64,000 nt of DNA from an uncultured Clostridia bacterium (lineage in GTDB: Bacteria; Bacillota; Clostridia; Christensenellales; Borkfalkiaceae): positions 12,450 through 76,449 of the forward strand of contig CANRKX010000001.1 in NCBI GenBank assembly GCA_947631325.1, written 5' to 3'. This document shows, piece by piece, positions 63,553 through 64,000 of this stretch (positions within the stretch are counted from its first letter, which is position 1; each line of letters begins with the position of its first letter). A program made the translations under genes and the position numbers. The notes below the pieces were generated by a model that was given only the letters and a program-made list of their open reading frames with translations, made no database searches and was not told the origin of the DNA.

Positions 63553-64000
63553 ATGAAAGACCAATTGAACGATTCCGTCGGCGAGGAAGAGGAAAATTCC
63601 GCCGCCGAAAGCGATAACAAAAGCGGTATAAGCGCGGACCTTATCCGCGGACATATTAATACAATTATTCTCCGAACACTCTACGAGCGCGACAAGTACG
63701 GCTATGAAATTATTGACGAAATCGAAGCTAAAAGCCACGGTCAATATACCCTCAAACAGCCCACCCTTTACAGCGCATTGAAGAGATTGGAATCGCAGGG
63801 CTACATAAACGCCTATTGGAAGAACGACGAGCTGTCGCAAGGCGGCAGAAGAAAATACTACACTTTGACAGACAGCGGCAGGGAAGTTACCGAACGCAAC
63901 CAAGCCGAGTGGGAATATTCGAGAACTGTCATAGATAATCTTATCTCCGATAGGAATTTCGACTTTACCCAACCCCCTCCCGCCGCCGTTGATTTCAATC
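63553..64000 (+). CDS. PadR-family transcriptional regulator (3' end beyond the window)
   Basis: My own translation from ATG 63553 (RBS GGAGGA) gives ...ILRTLYERDKYGYEIIDEIE ... LKQPTLYSALKRLESQGYI ... GGRRKYYTLTDSGRE. It is open to base 64000, so it is absent from the ORF track. Confidence 0.85.
   Translation, partial: MKDQLNDSVGEEEENSAAESDNKSGISADLIRGHINTIILRTLYERDKYGYEIIDEIEAKSHGQYTLKQPTLYSALKRLESQGYINAYWKNDELSQGGRRKYYTLTDSGREVTERNQAEWEYSRTVIDNLISDRNFDFTQPPPAAVDFN

Noticed and set aside
63526-63972. 148-aa minus-strand ORF in the track
   Set aside because: It is the antisense shadow of the plus-strand PadR gene. That gene has an RBS, a promoter and textbook PadR motifs, and is missing from the track only because it has no stop inside the window.

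Overview
This is a 64-kb chromosomal segment that looks like a Clostridia-type Firmicute. That inference rests on the glgBCDAP gene order, an ispH-rpsA fusion gene, AGGAGG-type ribosome-binding sites and TTGACA/TATAAT-type promoters. All identifications come from recognising conserved motifs by eye; no database search was run.

The window is dense, mostly minus-strand housekeeping DNA:
- dnaE 3' end, pfkA and a pfkB-family kinase
- a Cys-rich/acidic hypothetical protein and tRNA-Thr
- lexA, a small Cys-rich ORF and a lone tyrosine recombinase
- the glycogen operon glgB-C-D-A-P
- htpG and a MATE efflux pump
- flavoprotein, [aroH~cmk fusion], plsC and [ispH~rpsA fusion]
- a five-gene biotin-dependent decarboxylase/transcarboxylase cluster
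- a TVP38-family membrane protein, rnhA, proC and tRNA-Trp
- dCMP deaminase, ppiB and purB
- groES-groEL
- a low-GC lipoprotein islet
- miaB-mutS-mutL-miaA followed by a PLP lyase-like gene
- a class A PBP
- a roughly 13.7-kb tightly coupled string: argG-C-J-B-D-F, carA, carB(~dapF-like), cysteine desulfurase, thiI
- a DUF45 peptidase, an acyl-ACP thioesterase and the 5' part of a padR gene

I found no CRISPR array, prophage, IS element, toxin-antitoxin pair or recognisable defence system. The items that most deserve a second look are:
1. A CarB protein with a C-terminal DapF-like domain that lacks the first catalytic cysteine.
2. A strongly AT-shifted, self-contained lipoprotein gene. It sits behind a consensus promoter and a roughly 180-nt leader that ends in an intrinsic terminator about 10 nt before the RBS.
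3. An AroH chorismate mutase fused to cytidylate kinase.
4. A cluster that combines 12S-like, 5S-like, BCCP, beta-pump and gamma subunits.
5. The lexA-divergent small Cys-rich gene.
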